In this document: in pieces, positions 1-14,081 of the stretch
Layout: every line of letters begins with the position of its first letter
Position numbering within the stretch: the first letter of the stretch is position 1
Origin: Azolla caroliniana
Taxonomy: Eukaryota > Plantae > Polypodiophyta
Assembly: GCA_043228905.1 (NCBI GenBank)
Contig: JBHGNT010000011.1
Span: 12,338,001-12,402,000 of the forward strand
Length of the DNA: 64,000 nt
Direction: 5' to 3'
Translations under genes and position numbers: made by a program
The notes under the pieces: generated by a model
What the model saw: only the letters and a program-made list of their open reading frames with translations
Database searches by the model: none
What the model was told of the DNA's origin: nothing

Positions 1-100
1 CAAGATGAAGAGACAAAAAGAAAGAAAGAAAGAAAAGAAGAAGAAGAAGAAGAAGAAGAGAGAGAGCAGAAGATTGAAGAAACAGCAGCAGCAGAGAAAG
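1..100. repeat. (GAA)n/(GA)n/(GAAA)n microsatellites
   Basis: Seen directly; the - strand is CT-rich, like a plant 5' UTR. Confidence 0.85.
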
Positions 101-762
101 AGTTAGTTTTAGATGTTTTGATGGGGTGACTGACGTGGAAATCGTACATACGGTAACGTATTATGTACACAAAATCCATGGGTATACCGTATGATTATGT
201 ACGTACGTATTTGCATGAAGCTCTCAACAAAAAAGAAAGCATTTACATTACATTACATATTAATACATACTGTATGTAAAATAATATATAAGTAACGCAC
301 ATATGTATATTATCGTACATACATATACGTAAAAATGTATGTACATGAGACCGTATAGAAAGTGTCGGTAAGAACACCATATATGTACATATACATATTT
401 TTTGTACGTACATATTATTATTCTGTATGCTGTGTACCTACGTATTTGTGTGTGTATATACACTACTCTCAAATACAATATACCATATATGTATGTGTGT
501 ATATATACGGTTGCGTATGTTTCATGTTTATTTAACATACGCATGTACGTATGTACGTACGACATTCTCTCTTCGCGCCAAGAAGCGTTCGTCTTTCTTT
601 CTTTCTTTTTTTCTTTGCTTTATTTTTTATTTTATACAGACAGTGGCTGTTAATTAAGGGCGTTTCTTTCTGATTCATATCAATCTCTCGGGGGATTGCT
701 CTGCTTCAATCGTGTTTGTTGGGAGCTCAGCTCAGAAACCATCGCCATATATAACCCAAATC

Positions 763-831
763 AAGAAGAAGAAGAAGAAGAAGAAGAAGAAGATCATCAC
801 GCACCTTTCTCTGCAGAAGAAGCTTAACCAT

Positions 832-890
<59 letters not shown>
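763..890. repeat. (GAA)n, (CT)n and (TA)n microsatellites just upstream of the UBN ATG
   Basis: Seen directly at 763-792 and 834-890. Confidence 0.9.
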
Positions 891-894
<4 letters not shown>

Positions 895-916
895 CATTTC
901 ATTCCCTGTGTCTGCC

Positions 917-3900
917 ATGGTTACCATTCCTTCCTCCGGGAGGGATCGATTCTACGTGGAATTGAAGGCCGGTGAAACTACCATCGTCTCATGGAAGAAG
1001 CTATTGAAAGATTCCTTTCAGCCACCGCAGGGTGAGGTAGCATCCCACAGCCGAGATCCTGCTTCAGATGCCTTCCCCTCTACCCTAATTGTCGTTCCCC
1101 AGGTATACAGATTCTTTCTCTCCATCCCATTCATTCATCTTATCTCAATCCTTTCATGCAGTATATATACATATATACCTGCATGTGAATTAATGGATGG
1201 ATGGATGTGTATTGAGGACTCAGGATTCTGTATGGAAGTGCATTTACTGTACAGTCTGGTGTCTGGTGTCTGTGTCTGTGTATGCATGCCTATGTGGATA
1301 GGTTTCTCTCTACCATAGCCGCATGGTTTTGAGGGAAGTATTACGCAAGGGAACAGTTTTCTTGAAGTAGAATGGCATCAGACAGAAAATGAAACGGCAT
1401 CATGCGCAGGATCAAGTGTTCATGCATTTAATATAGAGATTTTGAAATAGTTAAAAAGGCTTCTCTTGAAGTGACATAGGTATGCATCGCTCTGATAAGA
1501 AAGGGATACTATATAACAAAAAAAGAGAGGGAGTTTCTCTTATTAATATTATGATGATGACCGTCCTTATTACTAAGAAATGGCATCAGAAAACTGATTC
1601 ATCCATATGCACTGTGTGTATGTATATTTCAGGATGCAAAGGAAACAGTACTCGCACCTGTTCCGCTCCCCCCGAATCGCTTCAATTCTGTTATTGAGAG
1701 GATTGAGAGACTTTATCAGGTCAGTTTATTCCATACATCGTCATCATGCTGTTTTCAATTGAGGATCTTCTTCTGCATTGCGCCAAATTGGGTTGCAATC
1801 ATATTGATTCCTTAAATTATTCATTTAAATGTTGGTTTATGCATCCAATTCCTTTCACCAAATTAGATTTTGCTTCTACATATTTGGGTCCCCACCCTTT
1901 TGTGCAATTCCTTTCACTAATTCGGGTTTCGGCCTTACGAATTCAATTCCTTTTCTTGATTAGGTTTCATTATATCCATTCGTTCTCCAGCCTTACACAG
2001 CTCAATTGCTTTTACTCATTTAGATTGCCTTATGAATTCAATTCATTTGATCTCATCTCGGTTTCCTTGTGAATACAATTCCTTTTGCTCATCTGGGTTC
2101 CTCAACGATGAATACGACTCCTTCTACTCAGTTGGGTTTTGTTATAAATCCAATTCATTTTACGCATTTGAGTTAAATTCCGTATATTCAACGATTGTTT
2201 TGGTAAATTTGGAATTCCTTACTGAGATTCATAATTTTCCTTAATTGGATTTATCCTCTATTCAGGGCAGTGATAGTGACCAGGATGATCAACCTGAATA
2301 CTTTGATGATGTTGACAAGTATGATACACGAGACTCATTCATCGATGACAGGGAATTGGTAATAATTATCCTATAGTTTATTCTTCGTCTTAAACTCATA
2401 CATTCTGAGAGCCTGATATTGGTACGATGTTATATATATATATATATATATTAATGGCATCATCAGTATGATATATTCTCCTCAATGATGTCTATAATGA
2501 CACATATAACTTATGGTTTTTAGTTTTCTTTTAATGGATCAAATAATGCGCCTAGCAATATCTGTATATATTTTTTGTCCTGTGTTGCAGAATGAGTATT
2601 TCGATGTGGATCAGGATGCAAAGCTGAAGCATGAGGGATTTTTTATCCACAGAGGAAAGCTGGAACATCATGAGAAGTAAGTACCTTAATATATGTATAT
2701 ATAAATTAAAGGAGTCCTTATATTGATTGACACCTAATGACCTTAAAAATCTTGATTAATGGGATTTCGATCCCTTAAACATAGCGTAAATGATACTGAA
2801 AGAAGAGATCAAAGTAGTTTCCTAACATCTATTTCTTGCTATCATCTTAGGGCTGGATAAAGAACGTCAAGAGGTCACAATATGGTGTATAGATAAAGAA
2901 TCTTTAGTAACAATCATGAGAAAGGATTTAATTTTTGATTTAAATATCATCTCATATTTTCTTTGTCAACAGGATCAAACAATGTGTCCCCATCGAGAGT
3001 CTGGCTACCAGGAAGCGGAAAAGTAAGAGTCTTGATATTATGCGTGTCGATATTGAATCATCAAAGAAGAAGACAAAACCTCCGAAACAAGTTAGATTAA
3101 AAACGGTGGCAAGGGGTAATAGAAATATCTATCGACTGCCATCTGAGGACTCAACTGCCGAACCACATAATCGTCTGTTGACACTATTGAAGGATGAGAA
3201 TCGAAGCTTAAGAAAAGATGAAGAAACCACCATGGGTCGACATGGATATGCTAGTAGAGGTATTTCTGGTGACCATATCAGTGGAGGATCTGGTGTCCAG
3301 CTGACGTCAGACCGTGCAATCAAGACTGCAAGTGTGACAAAAGATGAGCTGGAATCAAAAGAGACGCAATCATGCGCGAAGGTAATGAATCAGAATTGAT
3401 CGTGAGAAAAAGGATTGGAAAAAACAAAAATTAACGTAATAATAATGTTATTGTTGTTATTCATGGGTTTTTTTCTTCTTTTTGAGGGATTCAGTGATTT
3501 CTTCTTTGTTCAGAAGTTATATCATCCTTTGGCAAAAGAGACGAGCATGGGCCGAGTTAAAGGCACGGTCTTAGAGAGAGCTCTTCTTGAATTGGAGAAA
3601 GGGGTGGCTGAATGTAAGCATCTTTGGTCTTTTAGCAAACGTTTGTTTGTAAAACATATAATTAGTTTCTATTAGTACTGAAAAATGAATTATTGTCCAA
3701 AAACCACAACCATTCCTAAATCTAGAATGAGGTTGTAAAATTTCCTTTTCATAACATAGTTTTTTCTTTGCCAGTCTGCCCGCCTTCTTCGTCTTTGATT
3801 GGTGTTGAACTCGAACAAGGGAAACGAAACCGTCTACCTCGAGATGTGAAACAAAAGCTGGCCAAAGTTGCGAGATTAGCGGTATGTAAAATGGTTTTTG

Positions 3901-5658
3901 ATCAATAGAGAGAAAAACCATCAGAATACCTGTTTGGTGGGTTTTCAAAAAACTTGAGGGAAATGCCCATCTATAACAAAGTTTTGAAAATTTAGTGAGT
4001 GCATACTCTAGAAATATGCTTGAAGGTTAACCTGAGGGATAGTTTGACGATGTTTTGGAATACGCACGAATTAATATATGCTGAAGGAGATGCTGAAAAC
4101 TATGATTAGGATTTAGAGTCCTTGATATAAGGGTTGAACTATGGTTGTTGTCTCGTGTGACAGGCAAAACAAGGGAAAATCACTGACGAATTCATTCAAC
4201 GACTTATGGGGATTCTAGGCCATGTGGTGCGAGTGAAAACATTGAAGGTGCTACTCATTGGTTCCCTTGAATGATTTCTCGGTGTTAGTTATAGTTGCAT
4301 CAATTAATGTTTTTCTTCTTGTTTTTTTATCGACACCATGTAGAGGCATTTGAAATCGATGGTAGAGATGGGTGTGTCGGCCATGCAAGAGAAGGAAGGT
4401 CGGCTTCAAGGCATCAAGGAAGAAGTTATGGAAATGATCAAATCGAGTGTACATAATAACCATCGGGTGGCACAGGTCTTTTATTGATGTTCGATGACAT
4501 AGTTCTTGTTCGTTGTGTTTTTCGTTAACAATATCTTTTTACTTTTTTTCTCAAAATTTTAATATTTATCCCATGTTAGGATGTGGGCACTAGAGATGAG
4601 GAGGATGATCCGCGACATGCACAATACCGATGGGATCATGCAATGGAGGATAAGATCTGTGATTTATATGATCAGTATGTGGAGGTTAGTCTCTGTTTTT
4701 GTTGGGCATCAATTCACGAAATGAGTTAAAAAATTTCCAAAGGTTTTTGTTGATTTTAACCATGTCTCTTGTTTTTTTCTTGAATAGGGGATCGATGAGG
4801 ATAAAGGTCCACACTTGAGAAAGCTTTATGCAGAGGTTTGTGATGTGTTTGCACCTCCTCATTTAAAGGAAACCCATGTAAACCGTAAACCCTAAAACTA
4901 GAGGATCATTTATTTTCATGCACACAATTTTTGGATGGGAACCAGAGAGAACCTGAAACCATAGTCGCTTTTTTCTTTTTTATGGTTTTCTCAGCTTGCA
5001 GAGCTTTGGCCGGATGGGTTGATGGACAATGTTGGTATAAAGCTCGCCGTGCTTCGAGCAAAAGGAAGGAAGGCGGAGGCTAGCAATGTAAATACTATAT
5101 GTATTGTATTTATTAGATATATATACGCGAATTGGGTGAAACATCAAAATACACCTAAAATTTCTAGCATTTTTATAAGTAAAACTTGTCTAGTATGTAG
5201 AGGTTTGCTCATAAAATTTTGGAACTTCATGGCTACTTTTTCAGAAGTTAAGGTTGGTTTGGTGTTTTGCCCTTCAATATTTATATGTGTCTACATATAT
5301 TATGTTAGTTAGTTAGACCGATTGATTAATTGGAGTCATACATGTATATGTGTATATACAGAATAATATGGAGCTAAAGAAAAGGCGGAGACGTTCATTA
5401 ACAAAGCTAAAAGAGGAGGATTTAGTTGGAGTTCTTCCTCAAACAACTTGTCAATCGAATATATTGATTGGGTATGAAGGGCAATACACGGATCTTCAAA
5501 CCCGTGTTCCGTTAGACAATGACAATAACAACAAGCAAAGTATTAGCTTTCATAGTAATATTGACTCGCCGAGAATCCAAAGTTGCTCCTTAGAAAGCAA
5601 GGGGGCAATAGTTGGTAGTAAATCGGATCACTCTAACCAGCGAGAAACTCATTTTTGA
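917..5658 (+). CDS. UBN: Ubinuclein (HIRA-complex H3.3 chaperone subunit, UBN1/2-like), 13 exons, ~608 aa
   Basis: Exons 917-1102, 1633-1719, 2266-2358, 2591-2676, 2973-3381, 3514-3613, 3775-3881, 4164-4247, 4344-4475, 4580-4684, 4788-4835, 4995-5087, 5362-5658. All introns are GT-AG, phases are consistent and the total is 1827 nt with an open frame. Motifs: RFYVELKAGETTIVSWKKLLKD; NRFNSVIERIERLYQG; HPC2-related YDTRDSFIDDRELNEYF..KHEGFFIHRGKLE; RLPRDVKQKLAKVARLA; EDKICDLYDQYVEG..LRKLYAELAELWPDGLMDN. Confidence 0.93.
1840..2250. repeat. Degenerate ~36-bp minisatellite in UBN intron 2
   Basis: About 10 diverged units of the form GAATTCAATTCCTTTT.CTCAT.TGGGTTT.C.TTAT. Confidence 0.65.
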
Positions 5659-6234
5659 CTGTCTCCATTAAATCCTTGAGAGAATGTAGTTGAACCGCAA
5701 TCACGTGACTTGGTAGGAATGCCAAGATATTGGGCTCCCCTATAGGTGTACTTTAAATTTTCTTAGCCCAATAGGATAATGTAGTTTCAAAGTGTAAAAC
5801 TTAGTGCATGTATACAAAGGGTTTACAACTTTTTACAAACCCCTTAGTTAGATCTACACGATTGAGGATGCGAGAGTGTATGTAAATATTCAAACAATAA
5901 AAGCTTAGACACATGTATGTATACGAAGGGTTTGCAACTTTTCATGAACCCATTAGTTAAATCTATGGATTGAGTAAGCTAAAGTGTTAGAATATTCAAT
6001 GTAAATGTTCTAATAATAGAATTAATGATCATATGGGAATAAAATGGGATGAGAAATTATGTAAAGTGTGAAATAGATATTCTAGAATCTAGATGGAAAC
6101 ATGTTTAATATCATGAAATTCAACACACTTGTGTGCATTCTTTCGTAAAATTTATAAGAGGCATTCTTTTGGAAATCCTATATATTCAAATGAGTCTTGG
6201 ATCAAAGGAGTGAAGTAGGGAGTAAACATTTTTT

Positions 6235-6440
6235 ATAATTTAATTAAAATATGTCATTCCAAATTTTAGTGCTGAAAGTGTTATCTTGAGGATTGGAACT
6301 AAATTCACATGAATGAAAATGACATGAGATGCCTTATGGTATAATTTAATTAAAATATGTCATTCCAAATTTTAGTGCTGAAAGTGTTATCTTGAGGATT
6401 GGAACTAAATTCACATGAATTGAAAATGACGTGATATGTC
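6235..6440. repeat. ~105-bp tandem duplication
   Basis: TATAATTTAATTAAAATATGTCATTCCAAATTTTAGTGCTGAAAG...GAAAATGAC occurs at ~6235 and ~6340, almost identical. Confidence 0.9.
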
Positions 6441-6449
6441 TTACGGGGA

Positions 6450-9400
6450 AGTATGTTGACATGTTGTTGGAAACAAACACATGAAAAGTATTAATGAGAG
6501 GTCTCTTTCAAAGTCACCACACTGTCTCTCTTTCGCATTGGATATCATGGTTGAGGGGACTCTTTGGAATTCATAAATCATGTCTCCATGTAATATAGAG
6601 AACCATAGGTTTAAGAGGAAAACGAAAATGGACACAAAAATACATACATATATGATGCCAATCACATGTTGATGATATGCCAACATATAATTTCTCAACA
6701 TGATGAATTGCAAACAAGATCCCTTTTTCAATTTCAATATTCCATATAAACTTAGCTTCTAGAGTCCTCTTCATTGCCATAATATGTTAATGATTTGCAA
6801 TCTTTCTCATTCTCCTTGGTGAGCATTTTATTTGTGCTTCTCTTATTGATTTGCTACATTTTGCATTGCGCAAGAATCCACTTATTCATTACTCCCAATG
6901 GGTACTCCATTTTACATGGTGTTATTTTGAGCACCATTGAATCTCCAACAATAAAATTGTTGGTTTGATTGTAGTAGCTTTGGATGCACGTAGAGAAAAT
7001 CTAGCAAGTTGCGAGGCATTACATATATGGACCACAAATGTGTACACGTAGAAAGAAGAAGAGGTTGAAACATTTGGTGGTTGTGATAGTCTATTGAGTG
7101 AGTAGACAAGAGTTTAGTTGGGAACGTGCAATCAACAAACATCTCAAACAATTAATATTAGCCATCGTATCATTGCCATGGGCCATGGTGTCACAACCAT
7201 TGTATTCGTCGAGCAAAACCCTTCCTATAAGAAATTCCATAAGGGGTCTTCCCATATAAACGAAAAGGAGGTTCAATGACTTCTAAGTTTGACATAACTA
7301 GCTTTCCTTTTTGGAAGGATAAAATTTACGATGTTCAATGACTTATTCCATATAGTTGGTAGTGGAGATAACGGATGGAATTATATCTTCCCATGCATAA
7401 ACTTTAGTTTATTAATATGCAACTAGGTTGAACTTCATTTAGCCTTTTCAATATGATGATGTTATAACTTTATTGGTGCCTTTTTCAAAATTTGTAGTTG
7501 GAATACAAATAGAGTTCTTGTGATAAGCATCAATCAATCCTTAAAAGTGTATTTATTGTTCAACCTAGGTTGATTCACATATTTGTGACTAGACAAGATG
7601 ATCCCTCTAGGGCAATTTCTTGTTTTGCCTCCAATTTGAATGGAGATATACATTTTTTGGGATTTATTGTGACCTAATTTTGACATTGAAGGAAAATTAT
7701 TCATGTACTAGAATGAATGAGGATGCCATCACACCCTTCTTAATGAGCCCGCTTGTTTAATCAAGAAAGAGTTGATTGTGTTCCTTCTAGGTGCATCCCA
7801 TCACACACCCATCTTTCAATTAGCCAATATTACATCTCCTTACTTTGGTCTTACTCCGTTCTTGTTATATGATAAGATCGCCATTAACCCCATAGTTGGT
7901 GAAATGGGTGAGAGTGGTTATCAAGCACTCTTGAGTTATGTCTCATTATTGTATGTAAAACTTACAAGTTTATCTTTTGTCCTCTTGATTAGCTAACTTA
8001 ACTAAGATAGAAGTCAACTATTGCAACATAAATGCATAATCATTGTACAAGTTAAAGAAGATGCCGGTAGTAGTAGTGACGAGAGCTCTCAGAAAAAAAA
8101 CTCGAGTTGAAACCACATCTCTACGATAGTCTACGATAGTCCCCATCATGATCAACCTGATATTGTGGCAATTATTGAGATCAAGAATGATGCATGAAAG
8201 TTTTACACACATAAAACATAACATGCTCCAATAAATTAGGAAACCACAATCATGCAAGGAGATCAATATATAAAGAAGGCTTCAAGTTAAGCAATTAACA
8301 CTAATCGCATTGTAAGAGAGAGATAAATAGATAGATAGATTTTATTATCATCTTCGAAGGTCAAATATGAACTATGAGATGAAAAATATAACAATTTCAC
8401 ATAATGCTTGTGAAAGTGACTTGTGACTCTCAAGAACTTTACTAATGAATGTCACAACCGAGAATGCACAAGAACATTACTAAAGAATGTCGCAATTGAG
8501 AATGCATGTTGTGATTGTGAGAAAAATTCATGCAATGATTGGTTTGGTTGAAGATGTGTTGGAAGTAGCATAATTGGATGTGCTGAAAGGCTGCTAGAGC
8601 ATTGTACCAACGAGTTGATACTCAGACTCCCAAACTTGTTTAGAGAAAGAGAGAGAAGCTCTAACATACGTCTTAAGAATGAAGATGTAAATAAACGGGC
8701 ACAAAAATGACATTTATAATCATTTATGTTGCTCGGGGGTGCTCACCGACAAGGTTTACGATGACCTTGACCATCATAGTGGCTTCCATGGCTTTAATAT
8801 GGCAAAGGTTCAATAATCATTGCTTCCATTGTGGCCGTTGTTAGAGGTCACAATCATCTTGATCATTAGATTCATTAGGATGCAACTATGCAAGGGGGTT
8901 TCCTATACAGACACTGAGAGAGAGGGGAAGATCTCTTGCATATTTATGATAAAGATTCCTAATAGAAGAAAGAATTGACCGATGATGGTATATGTACTAC
9001 TAAAAGTTTAGCAATTCATTACACACACACACACACAAATTAAATAGTGTCGTGAAGCAATTCCTTTACCATATAAAAACAAATTCAAATAGTATATCAA
9101 GTGATATTTGTGAGGATTGAACCTATAACCCTTCAATGTATCAAGTACAATGTATATAATCTCTTGTATATTATTATATTCTTATCATTATAGTGTCTTA
9201 TGTACATTCATACATTATGACTCAGATGAGCAGGATATCTATCATGCATCACATGTAACACATGTGTGCCAATTGACAATCACACATCACATGTGTTTCA
9301 TGTACGCCACGCATCTCATGCACTCACATACATTATATTCATGTGAGCATCTATGTATATAAAGAGAGGAAAGGAAGCATCAAGGCATTAATCAATAATC

Positions 9401-11250
9401 AATTAAAAAGGTAATCAATGAAGATAGCTCATTGGGAAATTATCTCATCTCTTAAGATAGGAGTCAAGCCTAGGGTTTAAGCCAGAGTTTAACAAAGATA
9501 AGGTGTTGTCCTTATGATCAACAATTTTAACTTCTGTAAAATCTTGTAATTTCAATGTAATAAAAGCAGGTTTTTATTATATACTCTTTGCTTCTTGAAT
9601 CATACACTATCTCCATCTCTTGTCTGTACTCTCATCTCTCCCTTTTTGTTACGATCTCTCCTCGTACAAAGCCTGGGCGGTTTGATGCATCGATCACAAA
9701 CTCTACGACAACAATGTTTGTGAACAATCAAAGAGCAGAGAAAAGCTCTTAGTCTCTGTTTGTGCGTTAGCGTTTTGGGAAGTGGGAGGTCAACAACAAA
9801 TCAATAGGAGGTTTTGAAAGATAGGCTAAGTTTTGTGAAAGAAGAAACATGAAATGAACAATAATAACTATAAATGAAAATAAAAACTAAAAATATGCAT
9901 CAAAATAAAGAAAATACAATTTACATAACTATGCCATAGAATAAAATAAAGACTAAAGTACAAAATAACAATAATTAAATGGCATATCGAAGATAGACAA
10001 AACATTTAGGGTGCAATGCATGGGTTACATTTAGGGTGCAATGCATGACTAACCCTGACACGTCCAAAACATGGACCCTCATACGCTCTTCAGAGAGGGT
10101 GAAATAAATCATAATCAACCCATCATCATTACAAACACTTAGTTACACTAATTGGCTTTATCCCATCTATGGTGGCAAGTGCATGAATCCAACTCATCTC
10201 TCACGATTGAATTGCAATTGTAGGTACTTCTTGCATTTTGAGCATTAGTACATTGGCTTGTATCTCGATTGAACTTCCAATCATTTTCAGGGTTGCAAAC
10301 TAGTGACCTTCCTCTAGTTACGCCCACTAGTCATCCATGAGTGGACTACCTTCATGCTCATGCACTAATGTTTGTGTGTAGACATGGACATGATAGGGCC
10401 CAGTAATGCCTTTTGGCATATATAATTACATCACATTGAAAGCTCATTGTCAACTAGCCAATCATAGGAAACATTTTCATAACAGATAATCACAAGCCAC
10501 CTGATTGGTTGATGTCATGACCATGAATGTTGTAAGGTTGAACTCAACCTTGTATACCTAAAACTTTGGATGGACCTATTTTTCATTTTTAGATCTATTT
10601 TAGGGATTCCCCACACAATCCTTGTTATTGGGAGAGTAATAATGTCATCACTCTCAAATTGGGCTCCTAAGGCATAGACTAGATCTGTCAACTTAAGCTT
10701 TCATTGAAAACTCTATTAAACATTCAGGTGTTTTCATTATAGGTTCTCTGTAATCCAATTGGCACATTAACTCTCCTTATCTTTTGACCATCTTAAGCAT
10801 AAAGTACTAAGGCGCAAAATGTCTTCCACCACAATTAGCTCCCAATGCTTAGCTAGAATATGATCTATGCCTTTATTCTCGAAATCCCCTATGAATTGTT
10901 GCAATATATAATAAACATTGACTTTCATGCTCCAAGAGTGCATAAACAATTGTTCCTCTTATCTGCCATTTGATCTCACATTGCATTCCATACCTTATCA
11001 TAGCCGATTGGTTATTGAGGCTCTACGTTATGATGCACTCTTGGTTTAGACTTCTTTTGTTTTTGTTGTGTCATCATTTGAGCTCTTTCCTCATGTTGGC
11101 CTAAAATTTCTACAATTTGTTGCGCTAAATTGACCACTTGACCAACTACATATGGGATGATTGCCTATTCTTGACAACAACTCTAGCATGCAACCACATG
11201 ATCAGATCTTGTGATTATTCGTCTATAGATGTAGTAGGCGTACCTAGTAG
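6450..11250 (-). mobile_element. Highly decayed LTR-retrotransposon (probably Gypsy pol) remnants with LTR-like pieces
   Basis: No intact ORFs. Texture and scattered pol-like patches only. An LTR-like segment 9048-9710 (TGTCGT...ACGACA) shares GTGAGGATTGAACCTA with the LTR at 35221. Boundaries are approximate. Confidence 0.4.
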
Positions 11251-12654
11251 TGATATGATTGGTTGGTTGTAGCATTGTCATGATATGAGGAGCGTACATG
11301 AGGAAATGAGTTATACTAAAAACATATAGAAGATTGAAGGATATAGCAAAAGTGCGACAAGAAGGAAAATAGAGAAGAGGAACTTAAAGACAACAAAAAT
11401 ACTTAGCACAATTATCAACAAGCTTACACTATGAGTGAAAGGTTTGAGGTTTAAACCTCTTAATGGAATATGAAGGGAGAAAGGTGATTTGTAGTAAGTG
11501 GCAAAGAATATGGTCGAGGTATGTGGTAAAAATGAAACTTAGTCGAGTGTCGAAGTCAAGTGTTACAAGGGAACAAGAGAGAGTAGAAACCACAGATGAC
11601 AAGAGGCTACGAAGCCATCTCATTGGTCTTCCAAAACTAACTCCAAGATATCCCTTTAAAGCTTTACCGCAAATCTTACATTTTCAACTTCGTTATCTAT
11701 TTACCACTTCTAAGCCACCCCATTTGAAGGAGTTGAGATAATCTTGTTGTATAAGGATCCGATTAATCCTTTGATGTATCATGTATTTTGCTTTTTGATA
11801 CCCATACAACATTAAATCTAGCAATCTATTATCATTGTTGAATAAGGATTGTGTCAGAAATTTCGGTTTGTGATTTCGAGTTTGAAGCACAAAGTTATAT
11901 ATGGAGTCCTCAAGTTATTACTTCACAAAATTCAAACTGTCAACACTAAGAGTTTGTCTTGACCTATGTGTTGAGTCCTTTAGAATGAGATTTTGATCAC
12001 TAAGTGAGAAGTTGGAGGCCTCTCCTCCTCCAAACTTCATCACCTTGAGCCTTCTCCATATCGAAGATTCTCCTCCTTAAATATTCTTGTTCTCTGAGGT
12101 TTGTTAGGCCTACCCACTTATATTTTTAGTATATTCCCTATCCACAATTACATCTATGTGGCATGTTAGGCCTACACACTCATTATTATTTTATTCCCTA
12201 TTCGAATGTGCTACGTAAATGTAATCTTGTAAGACAAGATTTGAACCTTCCACCTTTAGCGTTTGAAGCATTTTATTTAGTGGCCAAAGGGTTTGGCTTC
12301 TCAAAGATAAATAATACATATTTGAAAACCCCTAAGCCATATCCTTTGAGCACTAAACCAAATATCAATGGGTAGCTTGAAATCTCCAACACGACAATTA
12401 TAATCCGCATCCATTCATCTCAAGTTCAAGTCCCTCGTGGTCCCTCTCACGTTTCACACGCACTCGTAAATTCACAAATTGTAATATTGATGTTTGGTGG
12501 GGCATTAATTAGTCTCTATGTGGAAGGGGCTTTGTTTGTCGAAGAATTTCATTTATGAGAGTATTGTTGGGGCTCTCAATCCTAGCCTCACTTATGCTTC
12601 TAGTTCAACATATGTACACATTGTCAAGGAAAAGGTTACCATTTACATTGAACG

Positions 12655-14081
12655 TGTTGAGAATCGAACTCAACTTCCCCAATGAAATGGCTTTCATAGT
12701 AGCCAGAGGACATACTAGGCTTGTTTTATAAATAGTAGAAAGGCCAGTTGCCCTACGCTAGTTAGTATTTAAACCAACCGTTTGTAACTTAGTTACTGTT
12801 GGATGTAATTTTATTTCTAATATATAACTTCTTTTTCTAAGCTCTCTCTCTGCTTGTCTTACGTACACACACACACACACACACACATAGTTTACTTCCA
12901 CTGCACAACAACACCTAGGTTTCTCATTTCTTTACATGGTATCAAAGGGTATGGTTTTCTGATCAAGTTCATTCAACTGTGTGTTGTTCTATATCGACAA
13001 TCAATAGAACTGGTTCAACAACAGAGAAGAAATCGACATCATGAATACTCAGATGGGAAGTGCTCTTCCTACAAAGAAGCTTGATACGACAAACTTTGCA
13101 TCTTGGGAATACAAGATGCATCAATACCTTGTCGGTCAAGAATACTGGAGCAGTAAGAAGTAGCCAACAGTCGCTTTGTTGAGCACAAGGGCGGAATACA
13201 GGGGTGCGGCAACCGCCACATGCAAGGCCGTCTGGCTGAAGCGCATATTGAAGGATCAGGGCGTTCCTATCAAGGATCCGATTTGCCTATACTATGGTAA
13301 CATGAGCAGTATTTATCTGGCTCGGAACCTAGTGTTCCATGCCCGATGGAAGTATATCAAATTGTACTTAGTCTATCACTTCATCAGGGAGCGCGTCTAG
13401 GCTAGAGATGTCGACCTACAACACATCAACACGAACCTTCAGCTTGCCACCATCTTCACAAAAGCCTTAGGAGTCGACAAGCTCAGACAATTTACATTGG
13501 ACCTTGGTCTCACAATATCTGCATTACCAAGCTTGAGGGGGAGTACCGAATAATACCAATAGCCGATCAGTCGATCGAAGCCGACCAAAGGAGTCGAAGT
13601 ATAATGATGACAGTTGGGCCGAACAAGGAGTACAAAGCAATCTAATAGTCGAAGCTGTCTTGACTGACAATCTAGAAATAGAGCCAAAAGCCAAATCCAA
13701 CCGAACAACCGAATTGAAGTAATTCGAAAGTCGATTCAGCCGAATCGAAGTATTTCGAAGAACCAACCAAACCAAATTTTCGGCGTCCGGAAGTTGTGTT
13801 TGAAGGGGCGCGTTGAGAATTGAACTCAACTTCCACAATGAAATTGTTTTCAACACTAACTAGACGACATACTAGGCTTGTTTTGTAAATAGCTGAAAGG
13901 GTAGTTGCCCTAGACTAGTTGGTATTTAAAATAGTCTTTTGTAACTTAGTTACTATTGGATGTAATTTTTTCTAATATACAACTTCTTGTTCTAAGCTCT
14001 CTCTCTCTACTTGTCTTATGTAAACACTCACACAATTTACTTCCACTGCGCAGCATCACCTACGTCTCTCATTTCTTTACA
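12655..14081 (+). mobile_element. Non-autonomous, internally deleted Ty1/Copia element (1427 bp, TRIM-like)
   Basis: 5' LTR 12655-12936 (TGTTGAGAAT...CTTTACA) and 3' LTR 13811-14081. PBS TGGTATCAAAG (tRNA-iMet type) at 12937. Purine tract before the 3' LTR. Exact 5-bp TSD GAACG at 12650-12654 and 14082-14086. The gag N-terminus (MNTQMGSALP..NFASWEYKMHQYLVGQEYWS) is joined directly to RNase H (SKK*PTVALLSTRAEYRGAATATCKAVWL..N.VFHAR). Confidence 0.93.

Noticed and set aside
260-657. Tyr/Ile/Val-rich ORFs
   Set aside because: Products of TA/TG simple-sequence DNA; not protein-like.
9048-9710. Clean solo LTR
   Set aside because: The termini are inverted (TGTCGT/ACGACA) but the flanks AATAG and ACAAT do not form a TSD, so it is kept only as part of a low-confidence remnant.
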